A stretch of 64,000 nt of DNA from Phoronis australis (Eukaryota > Animalia > Phoronida): the NCBI GenBank assembly GCA_002633005.1, contig NMRA01000502.1, forward strand, positions 257,481 to 321,480. The letters run 5' to 3'. A model generated the notes under the pieces. It was not told where the DNA came from. It worked only from the letters and a program-made list of their open reading frames with translations, and did not search any database. Position 1 is the stretch's first letter. Each line of letters begins with the position of its first letter. The translations under genes were made by a program, and so were the position numbers. Below, in pieces: positions 1-12,800 of the stretch.

Positions 1-679
1 GCCTGCGTGGAAAGTGCTCTCGTGCTTATCTCCCCTCTTGGAAGTATAATCTTGTGTATTTGTATTTTTGTTCCACCTAATGTGAACCTTCATGAACACC
101 ATGTAAAATATGATGACTATCTTTTTAAGTGTGACTTTTCCCCATTCCAAAAAACAAATTAACTCACACGAAAAAATATAAATTTCAAACCAAAGGTCAC
201 TCAGTGCAAATAATGGACAATATACTGTAAGTCACCATACCTACACGTGTAAAATCTCTGAACCCAGTTTGAATTTTTACGCATGGTTTCCTTGTGGTTT
301 TACATGGAGGCTTCTTTAACTTTAATGTAGCCAGTTTGATCGACAAAAGCTAACAATTGAAGTTGAATGGCAGTGAACTTCACTTTTAGTGAGTTCAGAA
401 ATGTTGTTAATAATTATGAAGACGCGAGTACACAAAAAGGGGCTGCTCACTGGCGGATCTAGGAGGTCGTGGAAGGGGAGGGAAGGCAAGTTGAGTGCTC
501 AGACTCGAAAATGAAGCGTTCGCCTCCAAAAATGTCACGTCGACGACTTGCCCGTATGGGGACCCCTATGTTGCAACAGCTGTTGCAATTTGAAGTGGCA
601 TACAACGTGAAAAATAGACTAAATTGCATTATTCGGAGTTGTTACCTTCGACTGAAACAAAAACCAAACTGTCCACAAG

Positions 680-1080
680 GTATTTTTACGATTTGTTAGT
701 TAAGATTTTGGATTTCTGCTGATATTAAAGCATTTTTCTTTAGTTTCAAATTAAAAAAATACGATATGTCAACTGCTCGTCACTTCGCCGATTTTTCGCC
801 CACACTGTCAAGCACATCTCTTTAGTTGGTATGGCGAGACATGGCCGTAGCACATTTCCCTTAAATGGAAAATGTGACCTTTGGCCTTTAATGTAAACAA
901 AGTAACTGCGATTTCAAGCAGCAGCCAATACGTCTTCTTTGAGCGCCTGAGCGCATAATTATAACTAGGGACGAAGAATTGGAAAAACTGTATTGGATAA
1001 ACAAGATTTTATTTCGTCTGTGTTCCAAAAATAGTGAATTGGACGATTTTTCTAGAAATTCTTGCAATATTTAAAGTGAA
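680..1080 (+). repeat. Interspersed repeat; second copy at about 51490-51830
   Basis: Shared blocks 'gcattttyctttagtttcaaatt', 'tgtcaactgctcg' and 'gaaaatgtracctttggccttt' in both copies. Confidence 0.65.
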
Positions 1081-1526
1081 TAACTTTCACGTTGGCATCA
1101 TTCTCCAAGAAGCAGAATTGCCGCGATCCGTTTGAAAGGATTTTTTACGAGTTTTCGCGTTCCATGTAGCTTTAGGTTTAATTGGTGAACTGCAACGCAA
1201 ACGAGATACAAAATCTTTTGTTCACCACCTCCTTTAAATATAGTGTTACCAACCACCTGAAACTTTCGATGACATTTCTAATCCTTGATCATGTTGCTTT
1301 CAACACTACTCCAGTCGTGATCTCGGCAAAAAAATCTCGCTGTTTATTCAGAGGTGCTAAGAAGACATAAACATATGGTTTCAAATTATGAGAATTGTTG
1401 AAACTAAATTATGATTTTTTGGAACCTGTAGAAAACTAAAACGTCTTTTAGCCAGGCTGCGTTTCGCACTGCTAAGTTGTCAGACTTATAATATCCCTTA
1501 TCGTGACAGTGTTCTATTTCCGCAAC

Positions 1527-2732
1527 TTAAAAGGGGACTGTAGTCAAAATAATGTTGCAGTTAATCGGTTCTAATATACAAATAAAACTCACATTTGCCT
1601 GACTTGCGTGCCAAACAAAAGCCAATTCGAATTCATGGTCAAAACACTGAATTCTGAAAGCGATCGCTGATTGGCTGATGTGTCAGTGACGTGAACGGAG
1701 GGGTATCGGCTGCTTTACACATTCATTGCTTATGTCATATTTGAAGAGTTTACATCGTAATTTATCATTGTATCAATCGTCCTTAATTTTTATTGTTTGC
1801 CACAGTGCTGTAAAAGGTTCGCTATGCTTTTTTGTATGGCACCTGGTTGCTCAAACTCTTCGAAAAAGGCGTCTTCTAAAGGGATGGTCATCGCNNNNNN
1901 NNNNNNNNNNNNNNNNNNNNNNNNNNNNNNNNNNNNNNNNNNNNNNNNNNNNNNNNNNNNNNNNNNNNNNNNNNNNNNNNNNNNNNNNNNNNNNNNNNNN
2001 NNNNNNNNNNNNNNNNNNNNNNNNNNNNNNNNNNNNNNNNNNNNNNNNNNNNNNNNNNNNNNNNNNNNNNNNNNNNNNNNNNNNNNNNNNNNNNNNNNNN
2101 NNNNNNNNNNNNNNNNNNNNNNNNNNNNNNNNNNNNNNNNNNNNNNNNNNNNNNNNNNNNNNNNNNNNNNNNNNNNNNNNNNNNNNNNNNNNNNNNNNNN
2201 NNNNNNNNNNNNNNNNNNNNNNNNNNNNNNNNNNNNNNNNNNNNNNNNNNNNNNNNNNNNNNNNNNNNNNNNNNNNNNNNNNNNNNNNNNNNNNNNNNNN
2301 NNNNNNNNNNNNNNNNNNNNNNNNNNNNNNNNNNNNNNNNNNNNNNNNNNNNNNNNNNNNNNNNNNNNNNNNNNGGGTCACCGACTCCAGCCATTTACAG
2401 CTTACAACACACCAAACAATCCCTAAATCCAACGTAGTTGAGTTCTCTACTAACCTATCTTGCCGCAGAATACTTGCCGATGGAAAGTGGTGGCGACAAT
2501 TGTTGAAAAACAGCACAAAACAAAAGTAGAATAGAACAGATTCGCACGGTAAAGTCAACGCAAAACCAAGTGGCGGGAATCGCTTGCCTCCTAAAACGTC
2601 ACTTCCGCAGTAGCGGTCGAGTAATTAATAAAATTACGAAAAGCTGTAATTAAGTGGAAAATATGTCTAGGATAACCAACCAACCTTATTTTAGCTCAAA
2701 ATGACATGGAAAAAGGTTGCCTTCGCCTTTAA
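1527..2732 (+). mobile_element. Kolobok-like DNA transposon ends flanking an N-gap, with a THAP-like ORF start
   Basis: TTAA followed by purine-rich 'aagggg' at 1527. The right end 'ggttgccttcgcct|ttaa' and 2375-2730 are homologous to 8050-8311. A THAP-like start 'FCMAPGCSNSSKK' precedes the gap. The two ends may belong to different copies. Confidence 0.55.
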
Positions 2733-3043
2733 CAAAGTATTTAATCGGGGCTTGCCTACCCTAAATTTGCGAATTCGAAAATAACGCATGCTGTACGTAT
2801 GTGTTGCCTATGACTTGAGTTGCAGACTCGTTCAGAAATTTTTCAAGATGTGATTGAATGTGTTAATGTATTTAAAATCCAAAGCGCGTAGCTTAAGGAT
2901 TGAACATTAACAGATGAACAGGAACGAAATGGGACTTTGAAGTTAATTATAACAAAAAGAAGCCTCAATAGAGCGGTATATTTGATTGATGGTTTTTTAC
3001 TTAACATGTACCATAGTGAATTTGAGCTGCATCCTTTTTTCAG

Positions 3044-4356
3044 GGAGCAAGTCTTTGTGTTACCGACTCTTCTGTGCTGCCGGCTATCCCTTTAACTCTC
3101 CCACTGTTGACGCAAATGGTGCAGATGACATCGAAGCTCCACTCGTCCCCCACGCTGGAGTGACGTTCTTTCAAAACTACTATGGTCCCTTCATTATGAA
3201 GATACCAGTCAAGGTTTCGACGATCCTACTTTATTTTGCATACTTGGGAGTGGCGATATATGGCTGCACACAAGTCCGAGAAGGATTAGATCTTCGCAAG
3301 TTAGCATTGGATAATTCATACGCTATTAAGTTCTATGACGTAGATGAGAAATATTACGATGTCTATCAAGGGAGCGTAATGGTAGTTATCAGAAAAAAGG
3401 TTGATTACACATCACCAGCTACGTTAGGAGAAATAAATAATCTAGTTGATGACTTAGAGTCTACCGGCTACTTCGCTGGTCGTGATTTAGTAGTGTCATG
3501 GATTCATGATTACTTGACCTACTTAAACGACCACGACATAAAGTACGATGACCAAAACTTCACAAAAATCCTCGTTGACAGATTTCTGTTGGAACCTGCA
3601 TTTGTTAAATACGAACTTGATATAGTTTTCAATGAGGACAAAACGAGTGTTTCCCAGTGCAGAATCTTTGTCCAATCGGTAAACATGACAAACAGCACAC
3701 GTGACCGTTACATGATGTCAGCCGCACGCGACCTGACTCGCAAATCCTCGCTGGATGCTCTTGCTTACCACCCGGCGTTTATTTACTTCGACCAGTACGA
3801 GACAGTTCTTGCCAACACTTTACAAAACGTTGGGATTGCAATTGGTTGCATGCTGGTGGTGTCTTTGATACTGATTCCTGACATCGTTGTTAGTTTTTGG
3901 GTGTTTTTGGGCATTACTTCGATATGCACTGGAATATTAGGGTTCATGACTTTGTGGAACGAGAATGTTGATACTATAACTATGATTTGCATTGTAATGT
4001 CAATAGGATTTAGTGTCGATTTCTCAGCTCATATTGCCTATGCATTTTCAGTAAGCAGGCAACAAGATCCAAAAGCTCGAGTGTGTGATGCGCTAGGATC
4101 TGTCGGGTTGCCAATAACCCAAGGCGCCTTTTCTACCCTTTTGGGATTCGTCATGTTGAGCTCTGCCCCATCGCATATCTTCAGAATTTACTTCAAAATT
4201 CTCTTACTAGTTATTGTCATTGGATTCCTACACGGTATTCTCATACTTCCAACCTTTATGTCTATCACTGGAAGACAGATAGCAACGGAAGTCAATATCA
4301 AGGCATCTGAAGTTCCCCAGACTGATGAAAATGAGAGAAGTGACCGCTGTGAATGA
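3044..4356 (+). CDS. PTCHD3: Terminal exon of a Patched-domain-containing protein (PTCHD3-like, RND/SSD family); upstream exons not located in this window
   Basis: Long ORF 2986-4356 with acceptor ttttttcag at 3035-3043 (phase 1). Encodes a TM segment plus 'GCTQVREGLDLRKLALDNSY', a luminal loop and 'HPAFIYFDQY', then five TM helices with the GxxxD motif 'IGFSVDFSAHIAY', 'GLPITQGAFST' and 'GFLHGILILP'. The symbol is a family-level best guess. Confidence 0.9.
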
Positions 4357-4654
4357 ATAGCATTCCAGTCAAAGCAGACAATTCGATTTGCAACCTAATA
4401 CTTCAGGTCCCTCCGATGAGAATCAAACAATGATAACAAATCCCATGTATTCGTGAAAATTTATTTTGAACGATTCTAGGCTTATGGGGCCGTCAGGGAT
4501 TACACAGCGTCACTCGAGTCTCGCTGTATTTGCCCACAATACTGCAAACATCCGTCAGACACATTTGCTAGCTGCCTCGTTTTCGTGCCACTGGAGTTTC
4601 TCATGTTATTTATAGTTGTTTACAATTTTTTCTCTGTTCGTGCTTCCAATACCA

Positions 4655-4860
4655 ATGAAGTATTACTGCTGTGCTGTGGGCTACAATTCCGACGTGAGAA
4701 AGTTCGATAAATTGGACAAATACCCGTGGATGCGTTATCTGAAGTTCTTCGGCATCCCGACATCAGTGAGAGACACGGAAATGTGCCTGGTTTCCAAAAC
4801 GAGGTCATGCGCTTTCTAATTTCCTGGACACAGGAGAGTTTCATCGCTGTGTATTCCTGG
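4655..4860 (+). mobile_element. Degenerate THAP-domain coding remnant (transposon-derived)
   Basis: 'MKYYCCAVGYNSDVRK...YPWMRYLKFFGIPT' resembles the C-x4-C...FxFP start of THAP domains; the frame is disrupted downstream. Confidence 0.45.
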
Positions 4861-5859
4861 ATGTCCTTATTGACTCTTTGGAGTCTAGCTATATAGTCAC
4901 ACCGCTACAAAAACGATTCAATAACGACACATACATGTATTCTGCTTTCTAGGCGTTAATTTAAAGTGGAAGCCCGCGCTCAATTGAAGGAATTAAGTTT
5001 CAATTTGGACCACCTATGATTTAAAATCGATCTCAAATTGTTCTTTACTGGAATGAGGTGTGACTTTTGTCATTGCAACGAACTGACAGATTTTTTCTTC
5101 GGGATCATGCTTGGCAAATAAATTTGCGCGCCGTGACAGGTCAACTGGCGGAGTGTGGTGTCGAACAACTATGTAACGGAATGTCAGTCATTTCAAAGCA
5201 AGAACTTCACCCCTTAGGAACAAGTTAATTTCATAACGTTAAGTGGTCTAAACCGTCTGGCTTTTGTGACGAAAGGCAGGTTAACAGCCTCATACATTTC
5301 AAATCCTGCATCGATGAAAGACAACACAGGGAAAAGGGTATCACGAGGTAAAAATTCATACGAACTACCAAAATCTTTTGCCAACTTCATCGGAATGTTT
5401 CAGAACATTTAAATTTCATATTTTTAGGCATACTTGTGCAGACAATCGTAAAGGGATGGTGGTCGATTTCTAGTACCACATGTAGTGACGGATTCGGAAT
5501 GTCGAGGGGAATAAACACAAATTTAAAAGCCAAAAACGTCCGGGCAGGCCCTAAAATCAGCATGACAGTGCCGTTCCTTTTTGCCGTGTCCGGGCAGGTT
5601 TCGGAAAAACGATCCATCGTCGACAATTCTTCATTATCATTACTTTAATAGATAAATATTCTCTTAAATCATGGTTAGGTTTTTTGTTTATTCGTAGTTT
5701 ACAAGAAAGCATTTTATTGGGTATGGGGGTATGGTTTAAAATATAAACTTACATGTACAATTATAAACTACGATGTAAATGAAAGGCGTATAACTTAGAA
5801 AATGTGTATTAAATCATGCGTTATAGTAGAAAGTCTGGACATGTTACGGACTATTTTGT

Positions 5860-7050
5860 GCACACTCAGTGTGATACAGGGTTGTCAGTTACCTCTCTTT
5901 TATGTTATTCATCAACTGTCAAGAAACATATATTGTTAAGGATTTAATTTCTAGTCACTGCTGGTGGGTCAAAAACTTGTTTTTACTGTTTGTAGACCAC
6001 CTAATATTATTTGCAGTATCAGCTATCAGCTTACAAAAATGTCATATAATTTAATAGAGCATTGCAAAACGTGGCAATTATCGGTTAATTTGTCAAAGAC
6101 AGTTAAAAATTATTGTATTCAGAAATGGAGGCTATCACAAACAATATAAAAAGCGGTTTGTTGAGGGAAATGCTGTTGAAGGCACATCAGAATATAAGTA
6201 CCCTGGTAAACCAAAAAGAATATGGACTGGTGCTCAAAAAAGCAGAACAAGCATCTGGAGCACTATTTTCTCTAAAAAAGTATAAGTCAAAATTCATTGA
6301 CATGCCAATTATTATTCGACTATTGTTCTCTGTGGAGCAGAACGTTGAGGTCACCACATGGGTGACGATAGTAAAGTTATGCATAAGAAATTTTGTAAAT
6401 TTGTGTTGCATATACATGTAGGAAGAGTCGGCAACCAACGTTGCAGGCAGAGGTGAACTGGGGAAAACGACTATGATGGCACATACATGTACATGTACAT
6501 GGTTAAAAATGATAAAATAAATTGATTTACGCATTTGAAATGTTCGGAAAATAATTTTTTTGTTTACTACATGTATTGTTATCAATACGAGATGGATAAC
6601 ATGCATTACTTTCTGCGAGTAGGTTCACAGAAGATTTTGGGCACAAATCCTCTCCCCATAGATACACTCACTGAAGATAAGCTAAAGGGGATTGGGGATG
6701 GTGATTTCCATAGCTGGTTGTACGAGATGACTAAATAAGGTAAAGACTGATGGGCATTTAAGGTGAATTTTTTTTTATTTTTGTATGGTTTTGGAATTGT
6801 TTGTTGCTCACTAGTAGTTGGAGATGTGACTGTACTTTAAACTTTTTTAACAGAAATGTAATGACATCGTACATCAGATGTCGCACAAAAGTGTATCATA
6901 AATAGATTAGATATACAATATATAGATTATTCAAACCGACTGTCATGATGTAGACTATGCCCTTATTGTGAGATGAAAGTTATTTAGAGTGAATGCCATT
7001 TCTTGCTAGTATGTGCACCAAAGACAAAAATTTAGCATTCTAATTGCTGT
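5860..7050 (+). mobile_element. Highly decayed non-LTR retrotransposon (LINE) ORF2 remnant
   Basis: Frameshifted pieces: 'VIQGCQL..LFMLF' (RT), 'EHCKTWQLSVNLSKT', 'IIVFRNGG', 'YKY' and a C-terminal 'LCPYCEMKVI.SECHFLLVC' CCHC-type knuckle near 6955-7015. Confidence 0.6.
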
Positions 7051-7101
7051 GATGGATGCACCACTTGCATTTGATCGCTTGACGAGTTCACAAGATAGTA
7101 A

Positions 7102-8307
7102 AGGAAAAGGCAACCATTTCTCATGTCATTTTTAGTAAAAATACACATGTACGGTTCGTTGATTATCCCAGACACATTTTTCAGTTAATAATAGCTTTCC
7201 GTAATTTTATCAATAAAGTCATGCCTTACTCCAGAAGTAACGTTTAGGGAGTTAAGAATTTCCCGCCATTTTGTTTTCAAATAGTCATTCTGTATGAGCT
7301 GTCGAGTCAGTCATTGTTTTACCTAGGTTGTGTTAAGTTCGGTCGTCGTTTGCATTTGTTTACAAGTCCGTCAACATGCCGCAGGGTTGCTGCGTACCGG
7401 TGTGTACTCATTATCGTCTCACGCGCACTTTTGGTATGCCATTAAACCACTTTCCGAAAGATGACACGCTCCGCCGTACCTGGTTCGTTCGTGTGAAGAA
7501 CGCAGCGTTACCGTCCACGCAACGCACAAAGTAGTGAAGAATTACCGACTGTGTGGCAATGTTTGAAGAAGGGTGCCATGTCGCAGTTGATTTCCGGCAG
7601 TACCCGTCCCCATGCCCGAGAAGTGCATTTTTGAAGCGATTAGCCTCGCAAGCTGTGGCCTCTTAAGTGCCTGGAGGTCCTTCATCTACACTGTCACCCG
7701 TGTCTCCGAATGTACCCCAGAGCATGCAATTCCGGGAACTAGCTGTGATTCGCCCTGGGCTGGTGTTGTCTCCAGCCCAGAGCTTGCAAGCAGCTCTGCA
7801 GCGATATTAACTAGTGAGAGTGAATACAGGCCAGATTCGACACCCAGTGGGGAGGATAATTCGCCGTCAAGTGATCAGGCTTTGAGCCAAACTGTCCTCA
7901 GTCTCTACCTTATCTCTCTCAACAATTGTATGCGCGTATTCTGCCTTGCCATACTTGGGCTCAAACATATATCTACCCACTGACTGTTTGTGAAAAATTT
8001 CCCCTCATCACTGCTGTGAACAATGTCTCCATCACTCACGTCACTGTCACTGCCTACATCCACGTGAACGTAATTGAATTCTCTAACAATCTAGCTTGTC
8101 GTAGAATACACGTCGATGGGAAGTGGTGACGACAATTTTAGGAAACCAGCACAAAAACAACGGTAGACCCTATAAACGTCAGTTCTGGAGTAGTGCAGGG
8201 CTAATTAATAGAATTATGGAGAGCCCTAATTAAATGAAACGTATGTGTAGGATAATCAACGAACCGCATTTTTACTAAAAGGACATGAAAACAGGTTGCT
8301 CTCCCCT
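7102..8307 (+). mobile_element. Non-autonomous Kolobok-like DNA transposon with a THAP-domain remnant
   Basis: Long imperfect TIRs (aggaaaaggcaacc...catgtcatttttagtaaaa / ttttactaaaaggacatg...ggttgctctcccct) flanked by gtaa and TTAA. From ATG 7376: MPQGCCVPVCTHYR...HFPKDDTLRRTWFVRVKN (THAP). TTAA target, purine termini and THAP are Kolobok hallmarks. Confidence 0.75.
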
Positions 8308-9249
8308 TTAATCTCATGGCCAATGGATCCAATTAAGTTCCCAGACCATGCAGAGATACGGATGTTGAACTGTACATTTTGTTTTGCTTTGGACCTCGTC
8401 TTTGCATTTTGTTTAAACCTACACGAGTGTACTTCTATGTATTTGCAGTTCGTTTATTTCTGTAGAAGTGGCCAACGGACTATTTACATTGAATAAATCA
8501 CTTAAAGCGTTGTGGAGGGATACGAACTGTTTTTAATGAACCGTGTTAACACTCACCATCACCACCTGATACTCCATAGGCACCAAGTCCAAAAAACTTT
8601 TGAGCTCTCGAGTAAAAATTCCAGCGTTAGGCCTACCAGTCTTAGTTGTTTATCCATGACTCGCATACTCTTTAAGCACGAAACCATTGCTACATAAAGT
8701 ATTTGATAGCGTCTTGCCCTCCAAATTTTCTGCACGCTTCCGTCATTTCAGAATGGGTAAAGGATTTTCAAAATGGGAAGTTGTAACATCTATTCGTCCT
8801 AGTAGCACAGATTTTGTAATACATGTATGCACAGTGAATTTAACTGTGTACTTAAAATGGGAAAATGAGGCGTGTTTAGATAAAATTTTCTACCAGGCAA
8901 ACATCCGACTATACTTTGATTATGCATTATCAGATTCCTGGAACTAAACGCACATCCAATATTTTTTAAAAACTACACTTTTAAACGTTCATTCTTGTTT
9001 ATATACTCACCTCACTGAACTTATGACTTTCGCCCATGTGCTAATAGTGAACACCCAACTACGAAGAATTTCAGTTTCCAAACCCCATACAACGTGCTTG
9101 CCTGCAACTAACTTACAAACGGTGTAAATTGCCTACGTTCAAGCGATTTTGGTTATTTGACGTTAGCTGACACCTATGCAACGGTCTGGGCGTTAACTCA
9201 AGTCAGTTGTTATGGTGAACGTCCACCCTGAGCATAAAGTCTTTTCATA

Positions 9250-9800
9250 CCCTTGATTTATGAATTTTTCTATTCAAACACGCACGCCCTCTGGGTTAAT
9301 CCTAACGAATTTACGGAAATTCTCGAGCGTTTGTCTTGGACACGTGATATTTCTGTCTGACAAGCTCACTTGGCAATATTATTTATGCCATATACATGTA
9401 ACTAATAAGGCTATAATTGCTCTTACGCAATCTTATAGGCAAAACATGGTGTGTAAAACCTAAAACAATGAACTGGATATACATTGCTCTGACAAGATCG
9501 ATCTGATCTTACGCATGTGTGCCTTGGCTCAATGGAACTGAAATAAAATGTGCCTTAAGAATTTTCTTCAGAAGGTACAGCGTTTAGCCTGTCTTGTCAT
9601 ACATTGGCAATTTCTAGCACCAAGGCGTGAACATACATTATACTACACTCCTTGCTAGCACTACACTGGAAGCAACGAGTTGATGAGTAAAGTCGATTGG
9701 TGAGTTCATAATGGCTGAGACAATCAGAGGGTCCTTCCCTGTCGACCAAGCAACACTCTGGATTTCCAAGCCAGTTGGTACATCAGGGAACACCTGTGTC
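9250..9800 (+). mobile_element. Decayed LINE RT C-terminal fragment (LOA/R1-like), present only in duplicate copy 1
   Basis: 'DKLTWQ' near 9360 and 'QKVQRLACLVI..AISST' at about 9568-9620 match the region downstream of the RT core in LOA/R1-type elements. Confidence 0.45.
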
Positions 9801-9825
9801 CCTTAGCATTAAGGTTTAGTTGGAA

Positions 9826-9888
9826 GCGTGGTGGCGCAATGGAAGAGTGCGCGTTCTCTGATCAAGAGGTCGTAAGTTCGAGACCATC
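9826..9888 (+). repeat. tRNA-derived Pol III A/B-box segment inside a repeat family (copies at 11865-11927 + and 62061-62119 -)
   Basis: A box 'tggcgcaatgg' and B box 'gttcgagacc'; no acceptor stem can be formed. Confidence 0.65.
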
Positions 9889-12800
9889 TAATTTATGACT
9901 TTCCATGTTTAAATCACAAGCGGCGATACCGCGGTTAAACTGTTTAAATGCTTCAGAACAAGAATTGTTAATTAGTTTAGATAAAAAGTCTTCTTTCAGG
10001 AGTGGTGTTAATAGTCACAGAGTGTTATCATATACATGTAGAATAAATCATTTGAGTATGCGTTATGACCACATAAACCATGTACCTGCTTGTGTATCTG
10101 TTCGCGATTTGGACAATTACAGTGTAAGATAAGTAAAGCAGGTGAAAGTCTAGAATCAAGTTCGTTTTTTAGTCCGGACAACTTGTCGAGCTAAAAACTT
10201 ACCGTGCAGCGACGTCGGATTCTAGAATACCATCTGAATCGTGGGATTTCGCAGCGCTAGTCGCACATATCAACCTGGCCAAGGAAATTGTCAATTGTAC
10301 TCCAGAAATCAAGGAAAATGTTTGTTTTTAGAGGCAAAAACAAAATTTCCCCTGGGTGGAAGGGGAAAAACACCCTCCCTACCTCCCCTCATTCGTCAAT
10401 ACGAGCCTCTATACCAAGCGCGCTTTACGCGCTTTACGTGCGATTGTCTACGAGACAAAATGTTGGGCCCTCTTATGATATCCTAAATCCGCCTCTGCCA
10501 CGGTTTTCTAAGAATTTTCGAATGGTTTTATCAAATATCGATAATTGGGTTGTACTGTGAAAAATTATTAGACTTCCGTGCTTATGTTCACATTCACATT
10601 CTGAATGTTTGGTGTCATTTAACGAGCGGATTTTTGCTCTGAGTCAGCGGCAGAACGTTAGACTGTGACTGCGGGGGTACAGTAGCTGCTCATTTCAGAA
10701 AACTTTCTTTTTGCCGCGCGATACGGTACCTTTAACATGTGTNNNNNNNNNNNNNNNNNNNNNNNNNNNNNNNNNNNNNNNNNNNNNNNNNNNNNNNNNN
10801 NNNNNNNNNNNNNNNNNNNNNNNNNNNNNNNNNNNNNNNNNNNNNNNNNNNNNNNNNNNNNNNNNNNNNNNNTTTGATTTGTGCCTCGTCTTTGCATTTT
10901 GTTTAAACCTACACGAGTGTACTTCTATGTATTTGCAGTTCGTTTTGTTTCTGTAAAAGTGGCCAACGGACTATTTGCATTGAATAAATCACTTAATGCG
11001 TTGTGGAGGGATACGAACTGTTTTTAATGAGCCGTGTTAACACTCACCATCACCACCCGAGACTTCATAGGCACCAAGCCCAAAAAACTTTTGAGCTCTC
11101 GAGTAAAAATTCCAGCGTTAGGCCTACCAGTCTTAGTTGTTTATCCATGACTCGCATACTCTTTAAGCACGAAACCGTTGCTATATAAAGTATTTGATAG
11201 CGTCTTGCCCTCCAAATTTTCTGCACGCTTCCGTCATTTCAGAATGGGTAAAGGATTTTCAAAATGGGAAGCTGTAACATCTATTCGTCCTAGTAGCACA
11301 GATTTTGTAGTACATGTATGCACAGTGAATTTCACTGTGTACTAAAAATGGGAAAATGAGGCGTGTTTAGATAAACTTTTCTACCAGGCAAACATCCGAC
11401 TATACTTTGATTATGCATTATCAGATTCCTGGAACTAAACGCCCACCCAATATTTTTAAAAAAATTCACTTTTAAACGTTCATTCTTGTTTATATACTCA
11501 CCTCACTGAACTTATTACTTTCGCCCATGTGCTAATAGTGAACACCCAACTACGAAGAATTTCAGTTTCCAAAACCCATACAACTTGCTTGCCTCCAACT
11601 AACTTATAAACGGTGTAAATTGCCTACGTTTAGGCGATTTTGGTTAGTTGACGTTAACTGTATCACAGTTGCCAGGACCTCTTGGCACAATGTCAGCGAG
11701 GGATTTGTTTTTTTGGGCAACTTAAGACTGTTTTAATCACAACTTTTGTTACAAACTCGTTGCACAAAATATAAAACGTACAATAAGCATTACAAGGAGG
11801 AGCATGTTCGCGCGCGAAGGGTACGGACCACAAACAAGTGTTTAACATTAAGGTTTAGTCGGAAGCGTGGTGGCGCAATGGAAGAGTGCGCGTTCTCTGA
11901 TCAAGAGGTCGTAAGTTCGAGACCATCTAATTTATGACTTTCCATTTTTAAATCACAAGCGGCCATACCGCGGTTAAACTGTTTAAATGCTTCAAAACAA
12001 GAATTGCTAATTAGTTTATATAAAAAATCTTCTGTCAGGAAAGATGTTAATAATCACAGAGTGTTATCATATAGAATAAATCATTTGAGTATGTGTCATG
12101 ACCACATAAACCATGTACCTGCTTGTGTATTTGTTCGCGATTTGGACAATTAAGATTCGTAAAGCAGGTGAAAGTCTAGAATCAAGTTCGTTTTTTAACC
12201 CGGACAACTTGTCGAGCTAAAAACTTGCCGTGCAGCGACGTCGGATTCTAGAATACGATCTGGGTCGTGGGATTTCGCAGCGCTAGTCGCACATATCAAC
12301 CTGGCCAAGGATATTGTTACTTGTACTCCAAAAATCAAGGTAAATAGCTTGTTTTTAGAGGCAAAAACAAAACTTCCCCTGGGCGGAAGGGGAAAAACCC
12401 CCTCCCTACCTCCCCTCATTCGTCAATACGAGCCTCTATACCAAGCGCACTTTACGCGCTTTACGTGCGATTGTCTACGAGACAAAATGTTGGGCCCTCT
12501 TATGAGATCCTAGATCCGCAACTGTTTCTGCTAAAAACTTGATGTAACGAGAGCACCGTTAGACCACAAGCTGTCACAAATACATTGTCACAATCCGTCA
12601 TACTGCGACAGTTTGAGCAGACCCTCCGAGCACTAACTGTCGCAACTTTGGTTCCGACAAATTGTAGTTCCTTCCAGTTTTCTGTATATCAATTTGACCT
12701 CAGGCACCTGTGGAAGCAGCAAGATGGCGCAACCTGTCACGCATCTAGTCAACCCATGGATAATACAAATACCGCGTCCCAATTAGCTGTCCCCTCCAGA

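Larger units (their letters stand above)
8383..12519 (+). repeat. Tandem near-identical duplication (8383-10492 vs 10873-12519) across an N-gap
   Basis: Direct sequence match with scattered SNPs; paired ORFs 8512 and 11003; internal segments 9170-9810 and 11660-11845 differ between the copies. Confidence 0.9.

Noticed and set aside
1726-2558. Long ORFs spanning N-runs (also 10658-10956, 26785-27681, 38092-39117)
   Set aside because: Artefacts of translating assembly gaps.
2986-3043. N-terminal part of the 456-aa ORF as a true start
   Set aside because: It is intronic sequence upstream of a clear acceptor; the protein lacks its N-terminal half.
9826-9888. tRNA gene
   Set aside because: A and B boxes are present but there is no acceptor stem or proper anticodon arm; it is embedded in a dispersed repeat.
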